NCBI GenBank assembly: GCA_026396675.1 | Contig: JAPLWI010000011.1 | Location: forward strand, 1 to 59,472 | Length of the DNA stretch: 59,472 nt | Source of the DNA: Candidatus Kaiserbacteria bacterium | GTDB lineage: Bacteria; Patescibacteriota; Minisyncoccia; Phycocordibacterales; Phycocordibacteraceae | Direction of reading: 5' to 3' | In this document: one piece after another, positions 16,951-25,267 of the stretch | Position numbering within the stretch: position 1 is the stretch's first letter | Layout: the number at the start of each line of letters is the position of its first letter | Program-made: the position numbers and the translations under genes | The notes under the pieces: model-generated | Databases searched by the model: none | The model's input: the letters and a program-made list of their open reading frames with translations, nothing else | Told to the model about the DNA's origin: nothing

Positions 16951-17547
16951 ATGAAAAAGATAACAATGTTCTTTGTAATCGTGTTTCTTGTTTTTGGGTT
17001 ATCAGCACAGTCCGCAGAGATGAAACCGTTTCTTCTTGAGCACTATGGCTGGACTATTGACATCAAACAAGGTGGGAGGTTTGATTTCTGGAACATCGAA
17101 TGTTCCGCAACAACACAACTCCTTCCAAAGGATGGGGTTAATGTCTTCAAGAACTGGGTCTGTCGGCAGAAAGACAAGGAATATTGGACGGTCTCTCTTT
17201 GGCGAGTTCCGTCCGTTAAGTCGACCGCGATTGAGGCAATGGTCTATCGCACAATGTCTGAAGGGCTCGGCTACGGAAAGGTAACTTGTAGAGAAGAAGT
17301 ATTCCCGTCGGCCGCGGATCCGAAAGGAGTTATCAATGATTGTGAAGTTCCTCTTCAGCATGGGACATTTTATGTCTCGTTCTACCACTTCAACATTCCG
17401 ATGCCTGAAGGATCGACATTTGTCGATAATGACGGGAAGAAGCCGGAGACACTCGGCTTCACCATCTGGGTTCAAAATGCTGGAATATCGAACCCAGCTG
17501 TTAAAGGAAGATTGCGAGAACTCGTTTCCGCGATCAGGAAGAAATAA
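16951..17547 (+). CDS. Secreted hypothetical protein
   Basis: Signal peptide MKKITMFFVIVFLVFGLSAQSA, a strong SD and a downstream terminator. Confidence 0.65.
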   Translation: MKKITMFFVIVFLVFGLSAQSAEMKPFLLEHYGWTIDIKQGGRFDFWNIECSATTQLLPKDGVNVFKNWVCRQKDKEYWTVSLWRVPSVKSTAIEAMVYRTMSEGLGYGKVTCREEVFPSAADPKGVINDCEVPLQHGTFYVSFYHFNIPMPEGSTFVDNDGKKPETLGFTIWVQNAGISNPAVKGRLRELVSAIRKK

Positions 17548-17567
17548 GTTCTTTAAGGTTGTTCTTA

Positions 17568-17601
17568 ATGCCGCCGCATTTAACGGGCGGCATTTTGATT
17601 T
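17568..17601 (+). terminator. Rho-independent terminator
   Basis: ATGCCGCC-(10-nt loop)-GGCGGCAT followed by TTTGATTT. Confidence 0.7.
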
Positions 17602-17639
17602 AAGGAATGGTATGATTCGAATCACAAATATGTCTTTCT

Positions 17640-18806
17640 ATGCTTCTTAAAAAGATACATTCCAATAAATTTTTTTACTTCGGTCTCTTCTTTTTATGCA
17701 TAGTTTTGTCTTGTTTTTTACTCTACAGAACAGAATTTAGTTGGGTTACTCTTGACGATAAAAAGATAGAGAAATTAAGCGCGCAGGCCACAGCAGATGC
17801 ATCAAATTTTTTATTTGAAAAAAACATACGCGAATTTAAAGAACTCAGTTTTCTTTATTCACTTAAAGGAAACACTAATTTGGCGGCGCGAATGATGATG
17901 AAAGTAGGTTTTCAATATGATAAGAACGGCGACTATCTCACTGGATTGCCGATTCTTAAAAAAGTAGCTTTCAATGAAAAAATTTCCCCAGAAGTAAGAT
18001 CGGAGGCGATTGCTCGCATCGTTATGGCTTATTCCGGCAATGAGAAAAAAGAAATAATGCAGGCGATATTCAATGATGATAATCAAATGATGAAGGATGC
18101 GCTTGGCGAAGGGAATATAGAAAATAAACAAGATTTACGAAGAGCAGCTATTCATTTACTGGAAAAAGCCAATAGCATTCATGAATATTCTTATCTCGAT
18201 TATATTCTCGCTGCGCGCAAAAGCTATTTGTTTATAGACGAAATGAAAAATATCAGTAAAAAGGAAATAAACTCAAGGAAAGAAGAAATCCTTTCTCTTA
18301 TACAAAGAGGAGATGAATTGTTGAAAAAGGAAGTAAACATGAATGATTTTATAAAAGGAAGTTTCATTCATGATTTTTTACCTTCAGGCCAGTCGCAAAA
18401 ATTACAAGCATTTGCGGAACTTGCTCAAGTTGACCGCATCTATGAGAAATCAGCAACAAGTGTATACAACGGCTTAAAAACAATAAAAGAAATGTATTAC
18501 AAAAATGACAACAGCCCAAACTACTTAGGCACAGAGTCCTTCATCAGATTTTATTACGCCTCGATGCTTGCGTACTTGCATGGAGCTGATTACAAAAAAG
18601 AAATTGAGGAGATTATTGCTCCAACTATGATTGAGACGGGGAATTGGGGAATTGCCAATCGTACCGTGGCATGGAGATTTTATGAAAATGAGTTAACCAA
18701 GCCCGAAGAAGAAAAAGGGTCAAATTATGAGAGTATAATGAATATAGCTTCTTTACTGCCGGATTTTAATCAATTTCTTATAGAGAAAGGATGGATGAAC
18801 GATTAA
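17640..18806 (+). CDS. Membrane-anchored all-helical hypothetical protein
   Basis: N-terminal TM segment FFYFGLFFLCIVLSCFLLY. A+T-rich Lys/Glu/Asn-rich ORF. No family was recognised. Confidence 0.6.
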   Translation: MLLKKIHSNKFFYFGLFFLCIVLSCFLLYRTEFSWVTLDDKKIEKLSAQATADASNFLFEKNIREFKELSFLYSLKGNTNLAARMMMKVGFQYDKNGDYLTGLPILKKVAFNEKISPEVRSEAIARIVMAYSGNEKKEIMQAIFNDDNQMMKDALGEGNIENKQDLRRAAIHLLEKANSIHEYSYLDYILAARKSYLFIDEMKNISKKEINSRKEEILSLIQRGDELLKKEVNMNDFIKGSFIHDFLPSGQSQKLQAFAELAQVDRIYEKSATSVYNGLKTIKEMYYKNDNSPNYLGTESFIRFYYASMLAYLHGADYKKEIEEIIAPTMIETGNWGIANRTVAWRFYENELTKPEEEKGSNYESIMNIASLLPDFNQFLIEKGWMND

Positions 18807-18825
18807 TTTTTTATATAATATCAAA

Positions 18826-19206
18826 ATGATTACTTATACAGATTCTTTCATAATATGGACAATTTTTACAGTTTCTTCAGAAACTCTAACCCTTATTTTT
18901 TTGTTAAGAGTGTTTTTCCATGTTACGAGAGATAAGATTAGCAATACTCGACTTATATTCGCTGGATTTTTCGCTTCTTTTTCGACCATGCCTTATGTGT
19001 GGTATGTTTTCCCAAATCTTGCTGACTGGACGCGTGGTACTTCTGTCCATTACAGCGAAATATTTGCCGTTTTATTAGAAGCGCTATTTTATAGAATGTA
19101 TCTTAAAACAAGCACCAAAAATTCCTTGATAATCTCTCTCGTTTGTAATTCAATCTCTTTCTCTCTTGGAAGGTTTTTAATAATGAAAGGATTATGGTTC
19201 TACTGA
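18826..19206 (+). CDS. Small multi-pass membrane protein
   Basis: Four hydrophobic segments. No family was recognised. Confidence 0.5.
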   Translation: MITYTDSFIIWTIFTVSSETLTLIFLLRVFFHVTRDKISNTRLIFAGFFASFSTMPYVWYVFPNLADWTRGTSVHYSEIFAVLLEALFYRMYLKTSTKNSLIISLVCNSISFSLGRFLIMKGLWFY

Positions 19207-19274
19207 TGATGAACCATAGCTTGTGTACAGTCGTCTTGACGAAAGTTGCTTGTCTGGGATACGATTAATCAGCA

Positions 19275-20387
19275 ATGGAATCTGGGTTGATTAAAAAATA
19301 TTTGAAGTACATCGGAGGATTGATTGTAGTAATCCTCATTCTCCAAGCGGTTGGATATTTTATATACAAAAATGTAGTACCAGCAGCACTTCCTGAAAAG
19401 AATACTCAAGGACAGGGTGTAGATTTATCTCCAGCTACAGTTGTCTTTACAGGACAGCCGGCACCAGAAAAACCATTTGATTTTAAAGGAACTCTATATT
19501 TATCGTTGAAGAAAATAAATGGTAATTTTGGTTTGGGAATATATACATTTAATATTAACGGCACTGTTGGTTCGAAATTCACTACAATTTTTGCTGACAG
19601 GATAACGAAAGATGGAGATTATAACATAAGCATTTCCCCTTCGGTTTCTTCGGACGGTAAAAAACTGGCTTTTGCAAGAGGGAAAGTGAGTGCCCAATTA
19701 CTTCAGATTTTTACCAGTGATATTTCAGGCACAAATGCTCAACAGATTACTAATACTCCTGACAAATATAAAAGAGAACCGGTTTTCAACCCGTCTGGTA
19801 AGCTAATTGCCTATATATCGCATAAAACAAAATCATCCGCAAATGATCCCGACCCAAATATACCAGAGAGTTGGTCGACATATGTGACCGATCTCAAAGG
19901 AAATGTTGTAAAAATAGCTGCTGGTGTCAATCCTATTTTTTCTCCAGATGGAAAAAAATTGCTCATCCTTCAGAACGATGGACTGCATGCTTTTGATATA
20001 AGAGTATGGACAAATCCGAAGCATTTGGGACTTGTAGTAAAAACAGTTGGTGGAAGGGCTTCTGAACAGATGAAGATATCTGTTTCAACAGACGGAAGAA
20101 TGATGTCTTGGTCGTCTGAGAACACAATGAAGGTTGTCGTTTCGCATATAAATTCATGGGACACATTTTCCATAAGTCCGTTTCTAGTTATAAAAACCAA
20201 AGCGTATTGGTCTGTTTTTTCTCCTGATGGAAAATATTTAGCTGTCGACGAATGGAGAAAGGACAGCATCGATGGTACTGAATATCCGGTTATAATGGGA
20301 TATGACCTGTCCAATGGCAAATCAGTGAAACTACTTACTTTAATCAGCGACGACAAGTCGTATTTATGGTTCGGCGCATGGAAATAA
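19275..20387 (+). CDS. TolB-like beta-propeller (PD40 repeat) protein, membrane-anchored
   Basis: Repeated SSDGKKLAFAR, FNPSGKLIAYIS, FSPDGKKLLIL and FSPDGKYLAV motifs. Confidence 0.7.
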   Translation: MESGLIKKYLKYIGGLIVVILILQAVGYFIYKNVVPAALPEKNTQGQGVDLSPATVVFTGQPAPEKPFDFKGTLYLSLKKINGNFGLGIYTFNINGTVGSKFTTIFADRITKDGDYNISISPSVSSDGKKLAFARGKVSAQLLQIFTSDISGTNAQQITNTPDKYKREPVFNPSGKLIAYISHKTKSSANDPDPNIPESWSTYVTDLKGNVVKIAAGVNPIFSPDGKKLLILQNDGLHAFDIRVWTNPKHLGLVVKTVGGRASEQMKISVSTDGRMMSWSSENTMKVVVSHINSWDTFSISPFLVIKTKAYWSVFSPDGKYLAVDEWRKDSIDGTEYPVIMGYDLSNGKSVKLLTLISDDKSYLWFGAWK

Positions 20388-22102
20388 AAAATAAAAAAAA
20401 GAATATAGTTCTAATTCTTGGAGTGTTTATACTGATGTCGGTCATTTTTGTGCGTCTATCGGGCGCTTTCCCGAATCCCTTTTCAGGGAAGATTTTTATT
20501 TCGATTTCAAACGCACTTTTGACACTGAATCAAACAGCTCACGCCGATGGTGATGGCGGCGATGGCGGCGATGGAGGTGGAGGTGGAGGTGGAGGAGACG
20601 GGGGAGGTTGTGGTTCCGGCGGTTGTGGTGGCGATGGTGGTGCTGGCGATGGTGGCGGTGCTGGCGATGGTGGCGGCAGTGGCGATAGTTGGAGCGGCAG
20701 TGACTGCGTTCAGAGTTATGGTTGGGGATGTTACTCAGCCACTAACTCCTGCGGGGAATCTTCAATGGGCAATATAAATTGTTATGGTATTTGTAATGCT
20801 TCGACGCCAGCGAATCCTAGCGGGTACGGCAGTGCTTGTACTTCAGCCGCTAACTCCTGCGGCCAAACCAATTCTGGAAGTATCCAATGCAACGGTTCTT
20901 GTTCCGCTTCAGTTCCATCCAATGCAACATGTCTTCCGACAACTCCAACACTCTCCGCTCTATATCAAGTAGGAATTTACATCGGTACCACTGGCTCGGC
21001 ATACTATCCAAACGGCTATACTTTGTATGCAAACGCCTCTAGCCCATCCGGCTCAAACCTAGCATATTACTTCGAATGGTCTGGCGATTCCGCAGCGGCC
21101 CAATGGTCTGCTTGGGTTGGGTCAGGCGGTTGGGGAAGTGTTGATGGTCATTATGCTGACTACAACGCTGGTACATACTATGCCCGCGCATGGGCGTATG
21201 ACGGCTACGGTAATTGGTCTGTCTCACCATCCGCATGGTTACCCATCACACTTACTAATCCAGCTCTTTCGGTTTCATGTTCTGGTACTCCAGGCAATCC
21301 ATATATTAATCAGCCAGTCGTATGGAATTCTTCGGTATCTGGCGGATCGCGTTTATACAGTTATTCATGGAGCGGCAGTGAAGGTCTTTCAGGTACAAAC
21401 TCATCAGTTGAGAAATCTTATACAACAACCGGAGTGAAGCAAGCATCACTCTCTATAACCGACACACGCTCTGGCTATACATCCTCTGCTACATGTACCA
21501 CAGGAGCGAATCAGCTGAACGGTCCGACGAATAGCCAAGTAGGAGGCACAGGCGTAGGCGTCGGGTCATGCACTTCTTCGCTTTCAGCGAATTCGTATAC
21601 GGTTGAGCAGGGCGAGAATACTTCAATTACATGGAGCGTACCGGGCGGAGCGTACTGCGCTTCTTCATGCTCCGGGAGCGGCTTCAATACGGGTGGAGCC
21701 ATTTCTGGCGGTCCAGTAAATGCAGCCGTTCTTCCGGTCCCTCCAACTACCTCATACGCGCTTACCTGCACCGGCGGAACCTACGGCCAGCCGCCTCCCG
21801 CGAATACTACCGTTACCGTCCTTGTCCCGACTGTTAATCTGACAGTGAATAACCAGACGGGAACGACTCGCGTGAACCAAAATACTGCGAATAATGTTAC
21901 AGTGGCCTGGACATCTACGAACTCGTCTTCATGTACAGTCACCAAGAATAATTCTCCATGGAATACAGGTCTTAATTCACCTGGCATTACTGATTCTGTT
22001 ACATCTCAGACGGTCTATAAAATTGATTGTTTAAATAACCACGGCACGCACGCGACCGCTTCCGTCACCGTGAATGTTCTAGCAAGCTTCCAAGAGTTTT
22101 AA
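20378..22102 (+). CDS. Secreted surface protein with a Gly/Asp low-complexity tract, Cys-rich repeats, Ig-like modules and a C-terminal FQEF
   Basis: The signal anchor is [17 protein letters not shown]. The Gly/Asp tract is [46 protein letters not shown]. The end (...[12 protein letters not shown]) is paralogous to 15641-16864. An alternative start is 20366. Confidence 0.7.
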   Translation: MEIKNKKKNIVLILGVFILMSVIFVRLSGAFPNPFSGKIFISISNALLTLNQTAHADGDGGDGGDGGGGGGGGDGGGCGSGGCGGDGGAGDGGGAGDGGGSGDSWSGSDCVQSYGWGCYSATNSCGESSMGNINCYGICNASTPANPSGYGSACTSAANSCGQTNSGSIQCNGSCSASVPSNATCLPTTPTLSALYQVGIYIGTTGSAYYPNGYTLYANASSPSGSNLAYYFEWSGDSAAAQWSAWVGSGGWGSVDGHYADYNAGTYYARAWAYDGYGNWSVSPSAWLPITLTNPALSVSCSGTPGNPYINQPVVWNSSVSGGSRLYSYSWSGSEGLSGTNSSVEKSYTTTGVKQASLSITDTRSGYTSSATCTTGANQLNGPTNSQVGGTGVGVGSCTSSLSANSYTVEQGENTSITWSVPGGAYCASSCSGSGFNTGGAISGGPVNAAVLPVPPTTSYALTCTGGTYGQPPPANTTVTVLVPTVNLTVNNQTGTTRVNQNTANNVTVAWTSTNSSSCTVTKNNSPWNTGLNSPGITDSVTSQTVYKIDCLNNHGTHATASVTVNVLASFQEF

Positions 22103-22285
22103 TCTTTAAATTTATGATTAATCATCCAACCGCTTTGCCACCGACGAAAGCACCAAACAAACCTCTTCCCGCCACAAATCTTCCTGACGGATCGTTGAAA
22201 GTTTCATCCACTTCTCTTGTTTCTACAGTAGCATCGAAAGCAACTTCGACAGAACAATCCGCCAGTGCGTCTTATACCAATTTTA

Positions 22286-22313
22286 TTGGAAATGGAACAA
22301 CACTTTATATACT
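22286..22313 (+). promoter_or_regulatory. Candidate promoter for rpmE
   Basis: TTGGAA-N16-TATACT, about 20 nt upstream of ATG 22333. Confidence 0.35.
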
Positions 22314-22332
22314 TGTAAGCACAGGACTTGTC

Positions 22333-22581
22333 ATGAAAAAGGACATCCACCCGGAAGGGTATCGACCCGTTGTGTTTGAAGATCTCGCTTCTGGCGCGAA
22401 GTTTTTGATTGGTTCTACCATTGCATCGTCAGAAACGACTACTTTTGAAGGGAAAAAGTATCCGAAAGCAGTCGTAGAAATCTCCAGCAAGTCGCACCCG
22501 TTTTATACGGGCGAAGACCGTATGCTTGATAAGGCCGGTCGAGTCGAGCGCTTCAAGCAGCGCGCCGCGAAAAAGAAATAA
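22333..22581 (+). CDS. rpmE: 50S ribosomal protein L31 (type B, no Cys ribbon)
   Basis: [29 protein letters not shown]...[10 protein letters not shown]...RVERFKQR. Confidence 0.9.
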   Translation: MKKDIHPEGYRPVVFEDLASGAKFLIGSTIASSETTTFEGKKYPKAVVEISSKSHPFYTGEDRMLDKAGRVERFKQRAAKKK

Positions 22582-22705
22582 GCAAGAAATCCGAAATCCG
22601 AAACAAGCACCAAAATTTTAAATTCAAAATGAATTCAGTTTTTGATTTTTAATTTCCAATTTGTTTCGGATTTCGTGCTTAGGAATTTCGTGCTTTAATA
22701 AAGAT

Positions 22706-23494
22706 ATGGACTACGCAGAGTATTTAAAAAATGGAGCGAAAGGCAAGACCGAAGACAGTTTGGACGGAAAACCAATTTCGATTGTGGTGGAGCTGCGCGC
22801 GGGCGCTGGTGGCTCTGAAGCGGCCATTTTCGCTCGCGATTTAAAGGAGATGTATCAGAAATATGCCGAGCATCGCGGATGGAGAACGCATATTATTGAT
22901 GATCTAACACTCGAAATTTCCGGTCCAGACGCCTATGACGCTTTGCGTTATGAAACCGGCGTGCATCGGGTCCAACGCGTCCCGCTCACTGAGAAGACCG
23001 GCCGTGTTCATACTTCGACTGCATCGGTCGCTGTGTTGCCGATTCGTGCAAAGTCAAAGATTGAAATAAATCCTGGCGATATTCAAATGGAATTCTCTCG
23101 AAGCGGCGGAGCGGGAGGACAGAATGTGAATAAAGTTGAAACGGCAGTACGACTCGTGCACATTCCAACCGGTATTGATGTGCGATCGTCCTCCGAGCGC
23201 AGTCAGCAGGCGAATCGCGAGAAGGCAATGCAGATTCTCTCCGCTAAACTTGAGCAACTGCACGAGGAAAAAGAGGCGCGAGAACACGCAGCCGAGCGCA
23301 AGGCGCAAATAGGCACCGGCGATCGTTCCGAGAAAATCCGCACATATAACTATCTCCAAGATCGTGTGACCGATCATCGACTACAGAAGTCCTGGCACAA
23401 TCTGCCGAAGATTATGACGGGCGGCATCGACGATATTGTCGAGGAGCTCCTCGCTCGACAGCGCGATGAAGCATCGCTTGCATCTATCTCGTGA
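22706..23494 (+). CDS. prfA: Peptide chain release factor 1, lacking N-terminal domain 1
   Basis: [28 protein letters not shown] (RF1 PxT-type decoding loop) and [25 protein letters not shown] (GGQ). Only about 85 residues precede GVHRVQRV. Confidence 0.85.
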   Translation: MDYAEYLKNGAKGKTEDSLDGKPISIVVELRAGAGGSEAAIFARDLKEMYQKYAEHRGWRTHIIDDLTLEISGPDAYDALRYETGVHRVQRVPLTEKTGRVHTSTASVAVLPIRAKSKIEINPGDIQMEFSRSGGAGGQNVNKVETAVRLVHIPTGIDVRSSSERSQQANREKAMQILSAKLEQLHEEKEAREHAAERKAQIGTGDRSEKIRTYNYLQDRVTDHRLQKSWHNLPKIMTGGIDDIVEELLARQRDEASLASIS

Positions 23495-23515
23495 TTCAAG
23501 TACAGTAGTCCCATA

Positions 23516-24214
23516 ATGACGGCAGGAAGTGACAAGGTAGAATTGAAGCGCCTCTTCGACACAGGGGCGCATTTCGCGCAGGTAAAAAGCCGTCGTCATC
23601 CTTCGATGAAGCCGTACTTGGTGGGAACGAAAGGGCGACAAGAGATTATTGACCTAGTGCAAACAACCGAACAGCTTGAGGCCGCGAAAGCCGTCATGGA
23701 AGCGTTTGCGAAGGAAGGGAAGACAATATTATTCGTTGGAGGGAAAGTAGAAATTGCCGCAGTCGTGAAAAAAGCGGCAGAGGAAATCGCCGCTCCATTT
23801 GTCGCGGCACGCTGGCTAGGCGGTACGATATCTAACTGGAGTGAAATAAAAAAGCGCGTTGAACGCCTTGCTGAACTTTCTGAAAATGCGGCGACGGGAG
23901 CGAGCGCCAAACAGCATACCAAACTTGAGCTAGTGCATATCGACCGCGAGAAGAAGCGACTCGAAGAACGGCTAGACGGCATCACGACTTTAACGAAACA
24001 TCCGGACGCTCTTCTTGTTGTCGACACCAAGCACGAAAAGCATGCGGTAAAAGAGGCGAATGATGCGGGTATTCCCGTTATCGCGATTATGAATTCCGAT
24101 TGCGACTTGCGTAACGCGGCATATCCAATCGTCGCAAATGACGCATCCCGCGAGACGGTTCGATTTATCCTCGCCGAGCTCACAAGTGCATTTAAAAAAG
24201 GACAAACAGCATAA
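23516..24214 (+). CDS. rpsB: 30S ribosomal protein S2
   Basis: LFDTGAHFAQVKSRRHPSMKPYL, ILFVGGK, RWLGGTISNW, DALLVVDTKHEKHAVKEANDAGIPVIAIMNSD. Confidence 0.93.
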   Translation: MTAGSDKVELKRLFDTGAHFAQVKSRRHPSMKPYLVGTKGRQEIIDLVQTTEQLEAAKAVMEAFAKEGKTILFVGGKVEIAAVVKKAAEEIAAPFVAARWLGGTISNWSEIKKRVERLAELSENAATGASAKQHTKLELVHIDREKKRLEERLDGITTLTKHPDALLVVDTKHEKHAVKEANDAGIPVIAIMNSDCDLRNAAYPIVANDASRETVRFILAELTSAFKKGQTA

Positions 24215-24223
24215 TGTATTGAG

Positions 24224-24266
24224 GGACTTCGTAAATCCATCATCTGATGATGGATTTACGAAGTCC
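24224..24266. repeat. Perfect 43-nt palindrome (21-bp arms) between rpsB and tsf
   Basis: GGACTTCGTAAATCCATCATC-T-GATGATGGATTTACGAAGTCC. No T-tract follows. Confidence 0.9.
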
Positions 24267-24299
24267 AAACATGCATTGTATGCTATTATCTAAATTACT

Positions 24300-24761
24300 A
24301 TGGAAATCACGACTGAAATCATTAAGGAACTGCGAGAAATGACCGGTGTGTCAGTTATGCAGTGTAAAAAAGCGCTTGAAGAAGCGGGCGGGAATCTCGC
24401 TCAGGCCGATTCAGAATCTGATTTTGTCGCAAGGAATCCGGAATTTTGCGCGCTTGCACGCGAGATTGCAATGCAGGTCGCAGCGACCGATCCAAAATAT
24501 ATTACTGTTACGGAGATTCCGAGCGAAGCGAGGAATGCTGCGATTGCGGTATTCGAGAAAGAAGTCGTAGGTAAACCGAAAGATATACAGTCGAAAATTA
24601 TGGAAGGAAAACTATCAAGTTACTTCCAAGACCAAGTGCTTTTGGATCAGCCATTCATCAAAGACGAGACCAAAACGGTGCGTGACTTACTCAATGAAGC
24701 GACACAGAAATTTGGCGAACGCATTGAAGTGAGTCGTTTCGTTCGTATATCGGTTCGTTAA
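24300..24761 (+). CDS. tsf: Elongation factor Ts, unusually short (153 aa)
   Basis: The N-terminal UBA-like segment is IIKELREMTGVSVMQCKKALEEAGGNL. It runs directly into SDFVARNPEF, followed by QVLLDQPFIKDETKTV. Confidence 0.8.
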   Translation: MEITTEIIKELREMTGVSVMQCKKALEEAGGNLAQADSESDFVARNPEFCALAREIAMQVAATDPKYITVTEIPSEARNAAIAVFEKEVVGKPKDIQSKIMEGKLSSYFQDQVLLDQPFIKDETKTVRDLLNEATQKFGERIEVSRFVRISVR

Positions 24762-24766
24762 TCTTC

Positions 24767-25177
24767 ATGGCGTATCTAATTTTCATTCTTGTCTCACTCG
24801 CACTTCTGATTGGTTTCTTCATTCTTTCCGATCATGAAGGACGACACGGCACTCGTTTTTTCGCACGGGAACGTGTTCGTCTCGATGAACAGGTAGAACG
24901 AGCCGAATTCATTTTGACGAATGTTAATCTCGGGTCATTTCTTCGCGGAGAAATTCGCAGTGTAATACAGCGTATTACACACGATGTCGCACACCTTTCG
25001 CTTCAGGCAGTTCGTACCGTAGAACGATTGCTCACGCGCATAGTCCGATATCTTCGTACTCAGCGCGCGATTGACACTGTCCCGCGCGAAAATGCACGGG
25101 AGTTTGTCAAAACACTTTCCGATTTCAAAGATCAGTTGAAGGAGTCACCGCCCGAGATTCCTGATATATTGAATTAG
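24767..25177 (+). CDS. Membrane-anchored hypothetical protein
   Basis: N-terminal TM segment YLIFILVSLALLIGFFIL, with a helical Arg-rich remainder. Confidence 0.5.
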   Translation: MAYLIFILVSLALLIGFFILSDHEGRHGTRFFARERVRLDEQVERAEFILTNVNLGSFLRGEIRSVIQRITHDVAHLSLQAVRTVERLLTRIVRYLRTQRAIDTVPRENAREFVKTLSDFKDQLKESPPEIPDILN

Positions 25178-25194
25178 AGAAGTAGGAAATAATT

Positions 25195-25267
25195 GCCGCC
25201 TTAGCTCAGTTGGTAGAGCAACGCTTTTGTAAAGCGAAGGTCCCCCGTCCGAATCGGGGAGGCGGCT
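25195..25267 (+). tRNA. tRNA-Thr (anticodon TGT)
   Basis: Hand-folded cloverleaf. The acceptor is GCCGCCT/AGGCGGC, the D arm GCTC-AGTTGGTA-GAGC, the anticodon loop TTTGTAA, and the T arm CCCCG-TCCGAAT-CGGGG. No CCA is encoded. Two oddities: an A27-A43 mismatch and C at T-loop position 55. Confidence 0.85.

Noticed and set aside
20545-20695. Repetitive tract considered as a possible CRISPR or minisatellite array
   Set aside because: The repeat units are 9-18 nt, contiguous with no spacers, and lie in frame inside a secreted-protein ORF. This is coding low complexity (a Gly/Asp run), not a CRISPR array.
22114-22332. 73-codon in-frame extension upstream of L31
   Set aside because: The L31 N-terminus MKKDIHPE starts at 22333 and is preceded by a promoter-like element. 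The extension is low-complexity Thr/Ser/Pro/Ala and is most likely untranslated.
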